NCBI GenBank assembly: GCA_016927475.1
Contig: JAFGMO010000009.1
Span: 1,789 to 65,788 of the forward strand
DNA length: 64,000 bases
Reading direction: 5' to 3'
Source: Candidatus Aminicenantes bacterium
GTDB taxonomy: Bacteria; Acidobacteriota; Aminicenantia; Aminicenantales; Aminicenantaceae
Made by a program: the position numbers and the translations under genes. The notes under the pieces were generated by a model that searched no databases, was not told where the DNA came from, and saw nothing but the letters and a program-made list of their open reading frames with translations. Shown one piece after another: positions 36,562-46,107 of the stretch; within the stretch, counting starts at the first letter, position 1; every line of letters starts with the position of its first letter.

Positions 36562-38508
36562 TCATCCCGCCAATAGCGAGAGCAGCTTCTGGAAAAAGAG
36601 CATCAAGCTCAAGGAATATTTTGTTACGGGTGCCTTCTCCGGCTCCCGCAGCCGTGAATTGTTCAGGTAATTGATATCGATCACGACCTTATTCTCCGGA
36701 TCAACGCAGGCGGATTTTAGCCTGACTGGTTTGTAATATACAAATCGTATCCATCTTTCCCGGCCTTCCCATGTTTCACGCATCTGTTCTCCGTCTTCAA
36801 AATTGATGAGGATGTCTTGGGGGAATATCCATTCTCCCTTACGGACGATGGTTACCCTGTTTTTATAGGTTTTTTGAGGTTTTTTTTCGGATACCTCTTC
36901 TTCCCCGGTTAAAACTTCACCTTCATCAAAAATTCCTTTGGGCATTTTAACCTCCTGGGAAGTAACCTCCGTTACCGCATAATCAAGCTTGTCCGGGCTT
37001 TTAAGAAACTGGTCAAAAAACCAATCCAAATCCAGCCCGCTTATTTCTTCCGCAACATCGATAAAATCCTGGGTTTTTGGATGGCGAAAACTCCATCTCT
37101 CAAAATAGGTCTTCATAATCCGGCCCATGACCTGTTCACCCAGGTAATTCTCCAGCATCAGAAGGACAAAAGAGGCCTTGGCATATGAATTTACGCCGTA
37201 GCTACCGCCGGAATAAAATTCCCATGATTTTTTCAGAATAGGATCCAGTCGGCCGCTGCCGATGATGTTCATCCGCTGCGAATGGAAATCACCGATCTTG
37301 ATGCCGAGAACATCGACCATGGAGGTATCCTTACCGTAGTACTCACTCATAGCTTTGACTTCCGAGTAGGAGTTGAATCCCTCATCCAGCCAGGGTTCCT
37401 CGAATTCATTGGAAGCGACCATGCCGTACCAAAAATTATGGCCGAACTCGTGAATAGTGACCATTTCGGTCATCCGCACCCCTTCGGGAATAAAGGAAGC
37501 CCCTCCTGCCGTAAAAAGAGTCGGGTATTCCATGCCTCCGGCTCCCATGGCTCTCAGAGGCGGGTCGACCAGAGTGATCGTCTCAAAAGGATAGGGTCCG
37601 TAGTTTCGGCTGTAAAATGTGATACCATTGCTGAGGGAGCTGATGTACCGGTCCTTAAGGATTTCATGTTCCCGCTGGATGAGGAAAATCATTTCCGTGT
37701 TAACCTTAGGCTCATCAAGAGTGAAGCGCTTACGCACTTCGATAAAGTTAGGTGATGCCGTCCAGGCGAAATCGTGCACGTCCTCCTGATAATGGGTGTA
37801 GGTTACGGTTCCATCGTCATTTTCGGTCTGATCTTTTCTTTTTCCCGTGGCCCCAACGATATATTCCCGGGGTACGGTTATCTCAACTTCAAAAACACCA
37901 AAATCGGCGAAGAACTCCGACTCGGAATGGTACTGATGGCAGTTCCACTCTCCATCCTGGAAAACACCAAGCTTGGGAAACCACTGGGCAACCATAAAAA
38001 AATCTCCATGAAATCCCGAACGTGCAAAAACCTTGGGAAGCTTAGAGAAAAATTCTATCTCCAGCATAATTTTTTGTTGGGGTTGTACGGGTTCCGGAAG
38101 GAGCAATCTCATCACGGTCCGGTCTTCTTGATTGTCATCGTCCGGATGGATAAATTCCATATCATCCGTCAGGTCCGGCCCGTATAAAATACGCACGGAT
38201 TTTACATCGATATAACCCCAGTGCTGCTCATCCAATTTGAAGTTTCGGCTTTCTCCCCCGCTTTCGATCATGAAGGTGGAGCGGTTGTTCTTGAAAGCGT
38301 TGAGGTAGAGATGAAACTGAAGCTCGGAAACGGGAACATCGGAATCGTTTAACCAGGTCAAAACCTGCTGTCCGTCGACAGCCTTTTGTTCCGTGTCGAG
38401 CCGGGCTTTTATCCGGTAGTCGACAATATGTTTGCTTCTTGCGGCGGCTGCGGGCAGCACAAAAAAGAGAGAAAGAACAAACACCAAAAAAACAAATTTT
38501 TTCATCAT
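36562..38508 (-). CDS. Secreted M1-family metallopeptidase (aminopeptidase N-like)
   Basis: Signal peptide; GGMEYPT, HEFGHNFWYG..NEFEEPWLDEG (HExxH..E), SYAKA. Confidence 0.92.
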   Translation of the reverse strand: MMKKFVFLVFVLSLFFVLPAAAARSKHIVDYRIKARLDTEQKAVDGQQVLTWLNDSDVPVSELQFHLYLNAFKNNRSTFMIESGGESRNFKLDEQHWGYIDVKSVRILYGPDLTDDMEFIHPDDDNQEDRTVMRLLLPEPVQPQQKIMLEIEFFSKLPKVFARSGFHGDFFMVAQWFPKLGVFQDGEWNCHQYHSESEFFADFGVFEVEITVPREYIVGATGKRKDQTENDDGTVTYTHYQEDVHDFAWTASPNFIEVRKRFTLDEPKVNTEMIFLIQREHEILKDRYISSLSNGITFYSRNYGPYPFETITLVDPPLRAMGAGGMEYPTLFTAGGASFIPEGVRMTEMVTIHEFGHNFWYGMVASNEFEEPWLDEGFNSYSEVKAMSEYYGKDTSMVDVLGIKIGDFHSQRMNIIGSGRLDPILKKSWEFYSGGSYGVNSYAKASFVLLMLENYLGEQVMGRIMKTYFERWSFRHPKTQDFIDVAEEISGLDLDWFFDQFLKSPDKLDYAVTEVTSQEVKMPKGIFDEGEVLTGEEEVSEKKPQKTYKNRVTIVRKGEWIFPQDILINFEDGEQMRETWEGRERWIRFVYYKPVRLKSACVDPENKVVIDINYLNNSRLREPEKAPVTKYSLSLMLFFQKLLSLLAG

Positions 38509-38753
38509 GGAACTCCCAATGATAAGCTGGCAAAATTATTCCACACCTATCGGGTAAAGTCAAAATAATAGTCATCATTCATTCATAGAGGTTTTTACGG
38601 TTACTTGGGTTTATAAAGTCGTTTTCACAGGTTGTATAAATCTCCCCCGGGTTAGGAAAATGTTTCATTATCAACTTTGCCCGGAAACATCATTAAGTGA
38701 CATATAATAATAAAACTATATCATGATATCAGCTTGATTTTTAATCATGCAGG

Positions 38754-39623
38754 TTAATCAAAATACTTTCCCGTCGGATATGAACCAAGTATTTTCACAA
38801 CAGAATTTCTTTCTTTCAATTCAAGTAACATTTTAACTATATGAGGATCTTTTTGATGGCCAACAAAATCAATCAAAAACATATATTGCCAAGATTTTCC
38901 TTTTAGAGGCATTGATTCTAATCTCGTCATATTAATATTGTTATCTGCAATCGGTTTCAGTGCTCTCAATAAAGCACCTGGCTGATGATCAGTTATAAAG
39001 GCCAAAGTTGTTTTATCATTCCCTGTTGAGGATGTTTTATCTTTAGACAGCACAAAAAAACGGGTCGTATTATCAGTCGAGTCTTGTATTGATTCCTTTA
39101 AAATATATAGATTATGAAGGGCAGCAACTCTCTTGCTGGCTACTAAAGCGGATTTTTTTTCTTTTTTTATTATTTTCGCTGCTCCCGCACCATCATGCCA
39201 AGAAACAATTTCAGAATTAAGTGTTTCTAAAAAATTGTTACATTGTGCTAATGCTTCAGGATGACCATATACTCTTGTTATATTTTCTAAACGCATATTA
39301 TCTTTAGATATCAGACAATGAACAATTTTAAGCATAGCTTCATTAATAATCTGAAGACCAGAATCAAGAAGAAGACTTGTTGATTCTCTAATTCTTCCAA
39401 CAATCGAGTTTTCTACAGGAACCACTCCCATATCCACTTCATTTGAATTGATTTTACTAAAAACCTGTTTGAAGGTTTTACAAGGAAACAAAATGGATTT
39501 TTCAAAAAGCTTATTACTTACAATTTCACTAAAAGAACCGCGTTCACCCTGAAAGGCTATTTTTATTATTGATGCCTCCTTGATTTTATTGATGTTAAAA
39601 TTTTTATTTTTTTGAGCTTTCAT
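38754..39623 (-). CDS. pheA: Prephenate dehydratase (PDT + ACT, no chorismate mutase domain)
   Basis: IAFQGERGSFSE, VPVENSIVG, GHPEALAQC, NTTRFFVL, ACT domain PGALLRAL..INMTRLES. ATG 39623 preferred; the 39854 extension overlaps the next gene. Confidence 0.9.
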   Translation of the reverse strand: MKAQKNKNFNINKIKEASIIKIAFQGERGSFSEIVSNKLFEKSILFPCKTFKQVFSKINSNEVDMGVVPVENSIVGRIRESTSLLLDSGLQIINEAMLKIVHCLISKDNMRLENITRVYGHPEALAQCNNFLETLNSEIVSWHDGAGAAKIIKKEKKSALVASKRVAALHNLYILKESIQDSTDNTTRFFVLSKDKTSSTGNDKTTLAFITDHQPGALLRALKPIADNNINMTRLESMPLKGKSWQYMFLIDFVGHQKDPHIVKMLLELKERNSVVKILGSYPTGKYFD

Positions 39624-39685
39624 CAAATCTACTCGAATGAGAGGATCACAAAAAACTCCAGAATTCGATGGGGATCCAACATTTT

Positions 39686-41023
39686 TTACCTCAATATTTT
39701 TATGTGGAATGCCGATTCGAGAAGCCAGTTCACTCCCACGAACAAAATGACAATGGGGATAACAATCCGCAGCCACCAGAATAAAAACCTGTGAAATGGT
39801 CGATGTGAATTTTTTGCCAGTTCTTTTAATGCTTCGGACTTTTTGATACACCATACGGTTGTGATAACAGCCAGAAGCGTCCCGAGGATTTGCATGCCAG
39901 AACCAAAGGTAAGATCCCAGGGGAGAAAAATTTTCATGTTAATCATGGTAGGTATGGCTGTTAAAAAAACGATCATGCCGATCAGCCATACGGCACGGGT
40001 TCTTTTGATTGTTGTGTTATCCCTGAGTCCGGATACCAGCACCTCAAATGCCGCCACATCGGATAGATAGGCTGCGCCAAAAAGACCCAGAAAAAACAGG
40101 GTGCCAAATATCCAACCAGCCGGCATCATTGAGAAAGTTCGTGGGAGTGTATCAAATATCAATCCCGGTCCTGAAGCGGGTTCGAGGTTAAAGGCAAACA
40201 CAGCGGGAAAAATCATAAAACCTGCCATCAGTCCGGCAATCAAATCACCCAGTCCTGTAAATACAGCATTCTTCTGGATGGAGATTGATTTTTTCAAATA
40301 GGAGCCGTAAATGACCATAAAAGTCCCGCCAAGCGACAGGGAAAAAATGGCCTGTCCCAAAGAAGCTCCCATGACGGATCCTGTTAGATCTTTTATTCTG
40401 AATTTGCCAATGTACCATTTCAAACCTTCTCCTGAACCCGGCAGAGTGACGGACCGAGCGATCAGAATGATCAGTATAAAAAACAATGTAGGCATGATAA
40501 ATTTACTGGCCCTTTCGATGCCTTTTCTGAGACCCCTAATCAACACAATGCCGCATGCAAGTATCACAAGCCCTGTCATCAACAATTGCAGGAAAAAAGA
40601 AGTTGTATTAAATCCAGCTTCAGGAGGGAGTATGCTCCCGGGATTGATATTCCCCCCCAGGGCATTGATGATCTGACTGATCCCAAAATATGCAACCCAT
40701 CCCAGCGTGTTGCTGTAATAGGCGGCACCACAGATGATCACAAAAAAGAAAAATCCCCCTACATATTTCCCCTTGGGAAATCCACCCTTTTCAAAGGCAC
40801 CCAGTGGTCCCCTTTGTGTAAGACGTCCCAGTGTCCACTCGGCCATCAATGCGGGGATTCCGATAACAATGACAGCTATCAAATAAAAAAGGACAAATGC
40901 GGATCCTCCGTACTTGCCCACCATATAGGGAAAACGCCATATGTTGCCCAGGCCTATGGCAACACCAACCATTGTCATCAACAAACCAAAGTGGGATGAA
41001 AACGTCTCTCGATTCTGAATCAA
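39686..41023 (-). CDS. Sodium-dependent transporter, neurotransmitter:sodium symporter (NSS/SNF) family
   Basis: GVAIGLGNIWRFPY..GGSAF, AEWTLGR, GQAIFSLSLG..YGSY, GPGLIFDTLP. Confidence 0.93.
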   Translation of the reverse strand: MIQNRETFSSHFGLLMTMVGVAIGLGNIWRFPYMVGKYGGSAFVLFYLIAVIVIGIPALMAEWTLGRLTQRGPLGAFEKGGFPKGKYVGGFFFFVIICGAAYYSNTLGWVAYFGISQIINALGGNINPGSILPPEAGFNTTSFFLQLLMTGLVILACGIVLIRGLRKGIERASKFIMPTLFFILIILIARSVTLPGSGEGLKWYIGKFRIKDLTGSVMGASLGQAIFSLSLGGTFMVIYGSYLKKSISIQKNAVFTGLGDLIAGLMAGFMIFPAVFAFNLEPASGPGLIFDTLPRTFSMMPAGWIFGTLFFLGLFGAAYLSDVAAFEVLVSGLRDNTTIKRTRAVWLIGMIVFLTAIPTMINMKIFLPWDLTFGSGMQILGTLLAVITTVWCIKKSEALKELAKNSHRPFHRFLFWWLRIVIPIVILFVGVNWLLESAFHIKILR

Positions 41024-41143
41024 TGGCTTAACTGTATCTTATCGTCACTTTCCCGAGTTTTTTTGATTTCCTTATTGTAAAGAAAGCAACCATAGTTCAC
41101 TGGGATAAAATCAAAAAGCCTGATATGGATTTCTATTGTCATT

Positions 41144-42421
41144 TCATTTCTTTCTCATGGATGCCAGAATTTCCCCCTGTGTCTCCAAAAAAGTATCAAT
41201 TTCCTCAACCGTATTATAATAATGAGGACTCACCCGAATACCACCGACTCCCCCCAACATCCGCAAGGAAACTTTGATGGGCTTTTTGCCGATGGGTGGA
41301 AAATTGAAACGCTCAAAACAAGCCTGATCTCTCTCTTCGCCTCCCGTTGTGTATGTGATCAATCCATGTACTTTTTCAGGATCTGTGGAGCATTGAAATG
41401 TAACATTCAAACTTCGCAATCCTTCAATCAAATATTGACCAAGCTTCCGAACTCGTTTCTCAATATTTTTAATCCCCAATTTTTCAATAAATTTCAATGC
41501 AGCTAACCAACCGAAGGCCGAAGGGCCGGTGATGACATCCTGGGAGAATTTTTGTGCCGTTTGAATTTGGGGATAATCCCAGCTTTGTACATTGTCATGA
41601 TCGGCCAGACTGAAAGGTATGCCCTTTGGCATTTCAATGGCGAGATAGTTACGGTATCTCGGATTGATTTTTTCGATCAGGTCTCTTCGTATATAAAAAA
41701 TGCCTGCGCCCTCTGGACCGTTTTGCCATTTGTACGATCCTGTTACCAAAAAATCGACATCATCATCGTGCACATCCACATCAATGGCGCCAACCGCCTG
41801 AAAGGCGTCATCCATGACCAAAGCGCCAACCTTGTGAGCGATACGGCACACCTCTTTGACATTGTATGTAAAACCACAGAAAGGCGTGGTCCGGTTGATG
41901 GCGACCAGACGCGTCCGTTCATCCACGGCCTTTTCCAGATCCTCTATCAGGATCTCGCCATCGACATTTTTCACGCAGCGAAGCTCCACACCGCACCGGT
42001 CCCGCAGCCCCATAAACACATAAACCGCTGACGGATATGTTAAATCTGTAAAAACAACATTATCCGCGGCCCGCCATTCCTGCATCGCCTCGAGCATGTC
42101 ATTGACGATCAAGTTAAACGCCTGCAACGGGCGATACATCAGCGTCACTTCTTCCTTGTGCGCGCCAATCAACCGGGCGCATCTTTCTATGGCCTCATAA
42201 GTGGCAGCCATGAGAAATGGATGTGTGGCGATATCCTGATTGGGAACATCCTCCATTCTTCCACATTCCTGGAAATCAAAAAAATCACGAACAGCCTGAA
42301 GCCAGTAATTTCCCGGCATAGACTGATCAGCCACATTGAGAAAAATCTGATGATTCAGAAGTTTGAATTGATAGCGCACTTCCTCCAATGGAAAATCCAA
42401 ATCATTTTCACAACAACACAT
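41144..42421 (-). CDS. Class V PLP-dependent aminotransferase-family enzyme
   Basis: FLNVA, DAFQAVG, TGSYKWQNGPEGAG (PLP lysine), GIRVSPHYYNTVEEI. Confidence 0.88.
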   Translation of the reverse strand: MCCCENDLDFPLEEVRYQFKLLNHQIFLNVADQSMPGNYWLQAVRDFFDFQECGRMEDVPNQDIATHPFLMAATYEAIERCARLIGAHKEEVTLMYRPLQAFNLIVNDMLEAMQEWRAADNVVFTDLTYPSAVYVFMGLRDRCGVELRCVKNVDGEILIEDLEKAVDERTRLVAINRTTPFCGFTYNVKEVCRIAHKVGALVMDDAFQAVGAIDVDVHDDDVDFLVTGSYKWQNGPEGAGIFYIRRDLIEKINPRYRNYLAIEMPKGIPFSLADHDNVQSWDYPQIQTAQKFSQDVITGPSAFGWLAALKFIEKLGIKNIEKRVRKLGQYLIEGLRSLNVTFQCSTDPEKVHGLITYTTGGEERDQACFERFNFPPIGKKPIKVSLRMLGGVGGIRVSPHYYNTVEEIDTFLETQGEILASMRKK

Positions 42422-42451
42422 CTATTCCTCCATATTAAGTCAAACATTTGA

Positions 42452-42540
42452 CCTGCATTATTCATAAATTTCGCCAACACCAACAAATAATTTCAATAGT
42501 ATGTGTCATTTAGTGATGGTTCTCGGTAAAATTGATTGGG
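42452..42540 (-). repeat. Truncated copy (right ~90 bp) of the structured repeat, reverse orientation
   Basis: CCTGCATTATTCATAAATTTCGCCAACACCAACAAATAATTTCAATAGTATGTGTCATTTAGTGATGG aligns with the reverse complement of about 32630-32716. Confidence 0.78.
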
Positions 42541-42923
42541 AGTAAAAATCCATCCATAAATGGCAATTTGGCGCTCGATGCCTTAACGATTTTTTGAATC
42601 ACCGTCTTGTCTTGTTTGGCCCAAGCACATTATATAAATTTCTTGGATCCCGATTCTTAAGCATGCTTTATATCTCCAAAAATTCCCATCAATTTCCACC
42701 TGCTGACATCTTAGAATGAGAGTATCACACAAAAACCAGCATGGTCAATAACTCAAAAAGCGACACAAATTCCCCGTAATCTCTCAACTATCAAGCCTTA
42801 GCTAAACTCCTCCTTTGAATCAGCGCAGATCAAACGCCCTAAAAACACGCCGGCGTGATAAGTGGTTCTGTCTTATGTATAATAGGCATTTAATTCCGGG
42901 TGGTTCAAAAAATCAGGGACATA

Positions 42924-44129
42924 ATGAATAAAGTTTTTGAACTCTACAGAAATGCTTACCGGGGCCTTCCACGGCAGGCCTGGTATTTATTCAGTGTTCA
43001 TCTTGTTAACGCATCCGGTATGATGGTCATATTTTTTCTCACCCTGTACCTGACGAAAAAGCTTGATTTCTCAGTGGAGCTGGCAGGCAGAATGATCAGC
43101 ATTTTCGGGATCGGATCGCTGACCGGCGCTTACGCCGGAGGATGGCTCTCCGACAAGATCGGATCGACAAATGTTTTGAAACTCGGGCTTTTTCTAAGCG
43201 GCATATTCTATATCTGGCTCGGGCGGCTTCAGACTCCCCTGAGCATCGGCATTATGGCCTATACCCTGGGCACCGCGCACGGTTCGATTTTCCCCGCCAA
43301 TAACACTTCGATGATCCGGATTTGCCCGCCGAAGCTGACAACGAAGGGTTTCTCCCTCAACCGCCTGGCTTCCAATATCGGGGCCACTATCGGACCGGCT
43401 GTCGGCGGCTACCTCGCCTTGAAAAACTACGGCCTTCTATTTTGGGTGGACGGTCTCACCTGTCTGGCGGCGGTTGGATTGTTCTCATTGATTTGGAAAA
43501 AACCCGAGCAACAGCTTCGAGCCGCCTCAGCCGCCTTGAAACCCGGCGGACGCACTCCCTGGAAGGACATCCCCTTCCTTTTCCTATTGCTGCTGGTTGT
43601 CATCTGGGGAACGATCTTTTTCCAGCTATTCGCTACCTTTCCTCTTTACATGCGGGAAGCTTACGGTTTCGCCGAGAACAGAATCGGCCAGTTGGTTATT
43701 ATCAACACGCTGTTGATCATTCTATTGGAAATGCTGCTCATGCATTGGATCGGAAAACGAAAATTATCTCCCTTTATCGCCCTTTCGTTCGTTTTGACCG
43801 GCCTGGGGTTCGCCCTGATGCCCTTCGGAAGGGGATTCCTTTACGCCGCCCTGACGGTCGTTATCTGGACGCTGGGAGAGATGCTCAGTATGCCCCTCCT
43901 GGGTTCCCTCATCGCTTCACGGGCGGGCCAGGGAAAACAAGGCCGTTACATGGGACTTTTCAGCTTCGCCTTTTCCCTGTCTATGATCCTGGGCCCCATT
44001 ATTGGAACCGAGGTTTACGGAAAATCCGGCCCAACAACACTTTGGATAGGCTGCGGAGTGACCGGTCTTCTTCTGGCTGCTGTCTTTTTAGGCCTGGGAC
44101 ACCGGCTTGAAAACACAAAAAAAGACTGA
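42924..44129 (+). CDS. MFS transporter (YdeE/MdtH-like)
   Basis: YRGLPRQAW..VNASG, GGWLSDKIG, NIGATIGPAVGG, GKQGRYMGLF; about 12 TM. Confidence 0.9.
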   Translation: MNKVFELYRNAYRGLPRQAWYLFSVHLVNASGMMVIFFLTLYLTKKLDFSVELAGRMISIFGIGSLTGAYAGGWLSDKIGSTNVLKLGLFLSGIFYIWLGRLQTPLSIGIMAYTLGTAHGSIFPANNTSMIRICPPKLTTKGFSLNRLASNIGATIGPAVGGYLALKNYGLLFWVDGLTCLAAVGLFSLIWKKPEQQLRAASAALKPGGRTPWKDIPFLFLLLLVVIWGTIFFQLFATFPLYMREAYGFAENRIGQLVIINTLLIILLEMLLMHWIGKRKLSPFIALSFVLTGLGFALMPFGRGFLYAALTVVIWTLGEMLSMPLLGSLIASRAGQGKQGRYMGLFSFAFSLSMILGPIIGTEVYGKSGPTTLWIGCGVTGLLLAAVFLGLGHRLENTKKD

Positions 44130-44145
44130 AAAAACAAAAAATTTT

Positions 44146-45495
44146 TTATTTCATTTTCTGAGCGCCGGCATCTTTAACCGAGCCGAACAGATCAAGAGCT
44201 TTTTTCCAGGGATAACGATTGGCAAACATGGAGACTGTCGTTGTCAGTTTTCCCTGCTTGTTGAGACCCAGCATCTCCCGCCACTGGTTGGCAGGAGAAT
44301 CAGGATTGTAATCCGCTTCCTCAGTGTACCGCGCACTCAAAAATCCTTCAAGATAAGCTTTATCGACGGCAAGACCGGCCGGAATTTCATTCTTGTTCCC
44401 TTGGGCACTGGCTATTTCCAGGTCACCGAATTCTCCAGCGTCTATGTTTAATTTTACATTGCTGTCCGGACGGTAGTCCAAGTCATGGTTTTTGTTTACG
44501 AAAAAGATGTTGTGGTCGATCTTCACCCATTCGTCCTTGTTAAAACGGCTATGATCGATTCCGGACATGATATTCCCGCCTATGATATTGTGATGGATGT
44601 TGTAATCCAGCTTTGTCATGACCCGCACACCGTAACCCATATCCAGGAAGTCTTTGATACGGCTCCAGGAAAAGAGGATGGTATTGTAAGCAATTTCGGC
44701 TTCACCGCAGAGAGACAGGTCTTTCGGCCCTCCCGTATTGCGGCAGGTTCCGTATATTTCAATGGCAGCCATCCTGTTGGCAACAAAAACATTGTTGAGG
44801 ATGCTTATCTTCCCTTCCCTCAATCCTGCTTGAATGGCGAACTTCGCGGCATTAACAAAAATATTGTTTTGAATAAGAACATTCCCGCCCTGCGCGGCGC
44901 TGGGAATAGAGATGCAGGACTCGGTGACGGTTGGGTTCTGACCCGAAGCTTTTTGCGGAGGAAGAAGGAGCATTCCCGTTTCCACGCCCTCGGGTTTTCC
45001 TTCCGAAGGGGAATAGGAATTCCGCTCTCCCATATTAAAAACAAATCCGTTGACGACAACCCCGTTAACCTCACGGGTAAAGGTGAGCAAAGATTTCCTC
45101 GCCTTGGCTCCGCTTTTATTATCCGGCTGGATAAGGGTTGGAAAAGCCCTTATATCACGGGCTGAAAAATCATTGTTAAAACTGCCGTAAAGCTTGAGGG
45201 GAATGGCGCTTTCCAGATACCCGACACCGAATGTACCGCTGTATATACCTTCAGCTACTGCGATGGTATCACCCGTTGCCGCTTTTTTTATGGCCTTGTC
45301 GATGTTTTTAAGCGGCTGATCTTTGGTCCCGGGATTACTGTTGTTTCCTGTTTTAATAGAAACAAAAAAAACATTTCCCGTTTCCGGGTTCAGAATTTTT
45401 TCCAAACCTTCCTGGGCATATCCCCAATATGACAAAAAAACGATTCCAAAAAGAAAAAAACAAGACATCAAAAAAACGGATTTCTTTTTGCGCAT
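44146..45495 (-). CDS. Secreted DUF1565 / right-handed beta-helix protein
   Basis: Signal peptide; GNNSNPGTKDQPLKNIDKAI..GDTIAVAEGIY; repeated NNIF/NNVF/YNTI/HNII beta-helix strands. Confidence 0.8.
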   Translation of the reverse strand: MRKKKSVFLMSCFFLFGIVFLSYWGYAQEGLEKILNPETGNVFFVSIKTGNNSNPGTKDQPLKNIDKAIKKAATGDTIAVAEGIYSGTFGVGYLESAIPLKLYGSFNNDFSARDIRAFPTLIQPDNKSGAKARKSLLTFTREVNGVVVNGFVFNMGERNSYSPSEGKPEGVETGMLLLPPQKASGQNPTVTESCISIPSAAQGGNVLIQNNIFVNAAKFAIQAGLREGKISILNNVFVANRMAAIEIYGTCRNTGGPKDLSLCGEAEIAYNTILFSWSRIKDFLDMGYGVRVMTKLDYNIHHNIIGGNIMSGIDHSRFNKDEWVKIDHNIFFVNKNHDLDYRPDSNVKLNIDAGEFGDLEIASAQGNKNEIPAGLAVDKAYLEGFLSARYTEEADYNPDSPANQWREMLGLNKQGKLTTTVSMFANRYPWKKALDLFGSVKDAGAQKMK

Positions 45496-45692
45496 TTTCC
45501 TTCCTTTACTTGAAATAGGACAGTGATAGGAAATTTCGAGGCAGATATATCACAACCATTTACCCTTGTAAAGCATGAAAATAGCTTTGAGCCGTTCAAT
45601 AAAAACGACCCAAACATTTTTTCGGGAACCATGGAAATACGGTCGCTTACCCATGACATGACGGTTATCTTTTTAAAAAAAACCTTCGAATA

Positions 45693-45745
45693 TGTTCCGT
45701 TTATCGAAACAATTTCTTGACATTTAAAAAAATATGTTCCATAAT
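45693..45745 (+). promoter_or_regulatory. sigma70 promoter of padR with adjacent imperfect palindrome (possible PadR operator)
   Basis: TTGACA 45717-45722, 17 nt, CATAAT 45740-45745; TGTTCCG-TTTAT-CGAAACA at 45693-45711; AATATGTTCC occurs twice. Confidence 0.55.
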
Positions 45746-45774
45746 CTGAAAGTAATGTACCTGAGGAGGTTCGC

Positions 45775-46092
45775 ATGAAACTTTTATCGCGGTCCGAAGA
45801 ATTGGTCCTGCTTGCTGTCCTGACGCTTAAAGAACATGCCTACTGTGTGCCTATTCGAAAAAAACTGAAGGAGACAACTGGAAAAAGCTGGTCATTCGGC
45901 TCGATTTATGACCCTTTGGACAGGCTTGTCCACAGGGGTTTCCTCAAATCCTTCCTGAGCGAACCGACCAAAGAAAGAGGGGGAAGAAGCAAACGTATCT
46001 ACCGCTTGACCGAAGAAGGGAAAAAAGCCCTGATAGAGATACGAAATATTGAGAAAGCCCTGTGGGCCGAAGTGACAGGCTTTGAAATATAA
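45775..46092 (+). CDS. PadR-family transcriptional regulator
   Basis: EELVLLAVL..AY..I..GSIYDPLDRL..G..S..GGRSKRIYRLTEEG. Confidence 0.92.
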   Translation: MKLLSRSEELVLLAVLTLKEHAYCVPIRKKLKETTGKSWSFGSIYDPLDRLVHRGFLKSFLSEPTKERGGRSKRIYRLTEEGKKALIEIRNIEKALWAEVTGFEI

Positions 46093-46107
46093 GCCTTTTG
46101 ATAAAAA

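Noticed and set aside
39624-39854. N-terminal extension of the pheA ORF as a chorismate mutase domain
   Set aside because: It overlaps the NSS gene 3' end on the same strand and shows no chorismate mutase motif; it is an artefact of an open frame.
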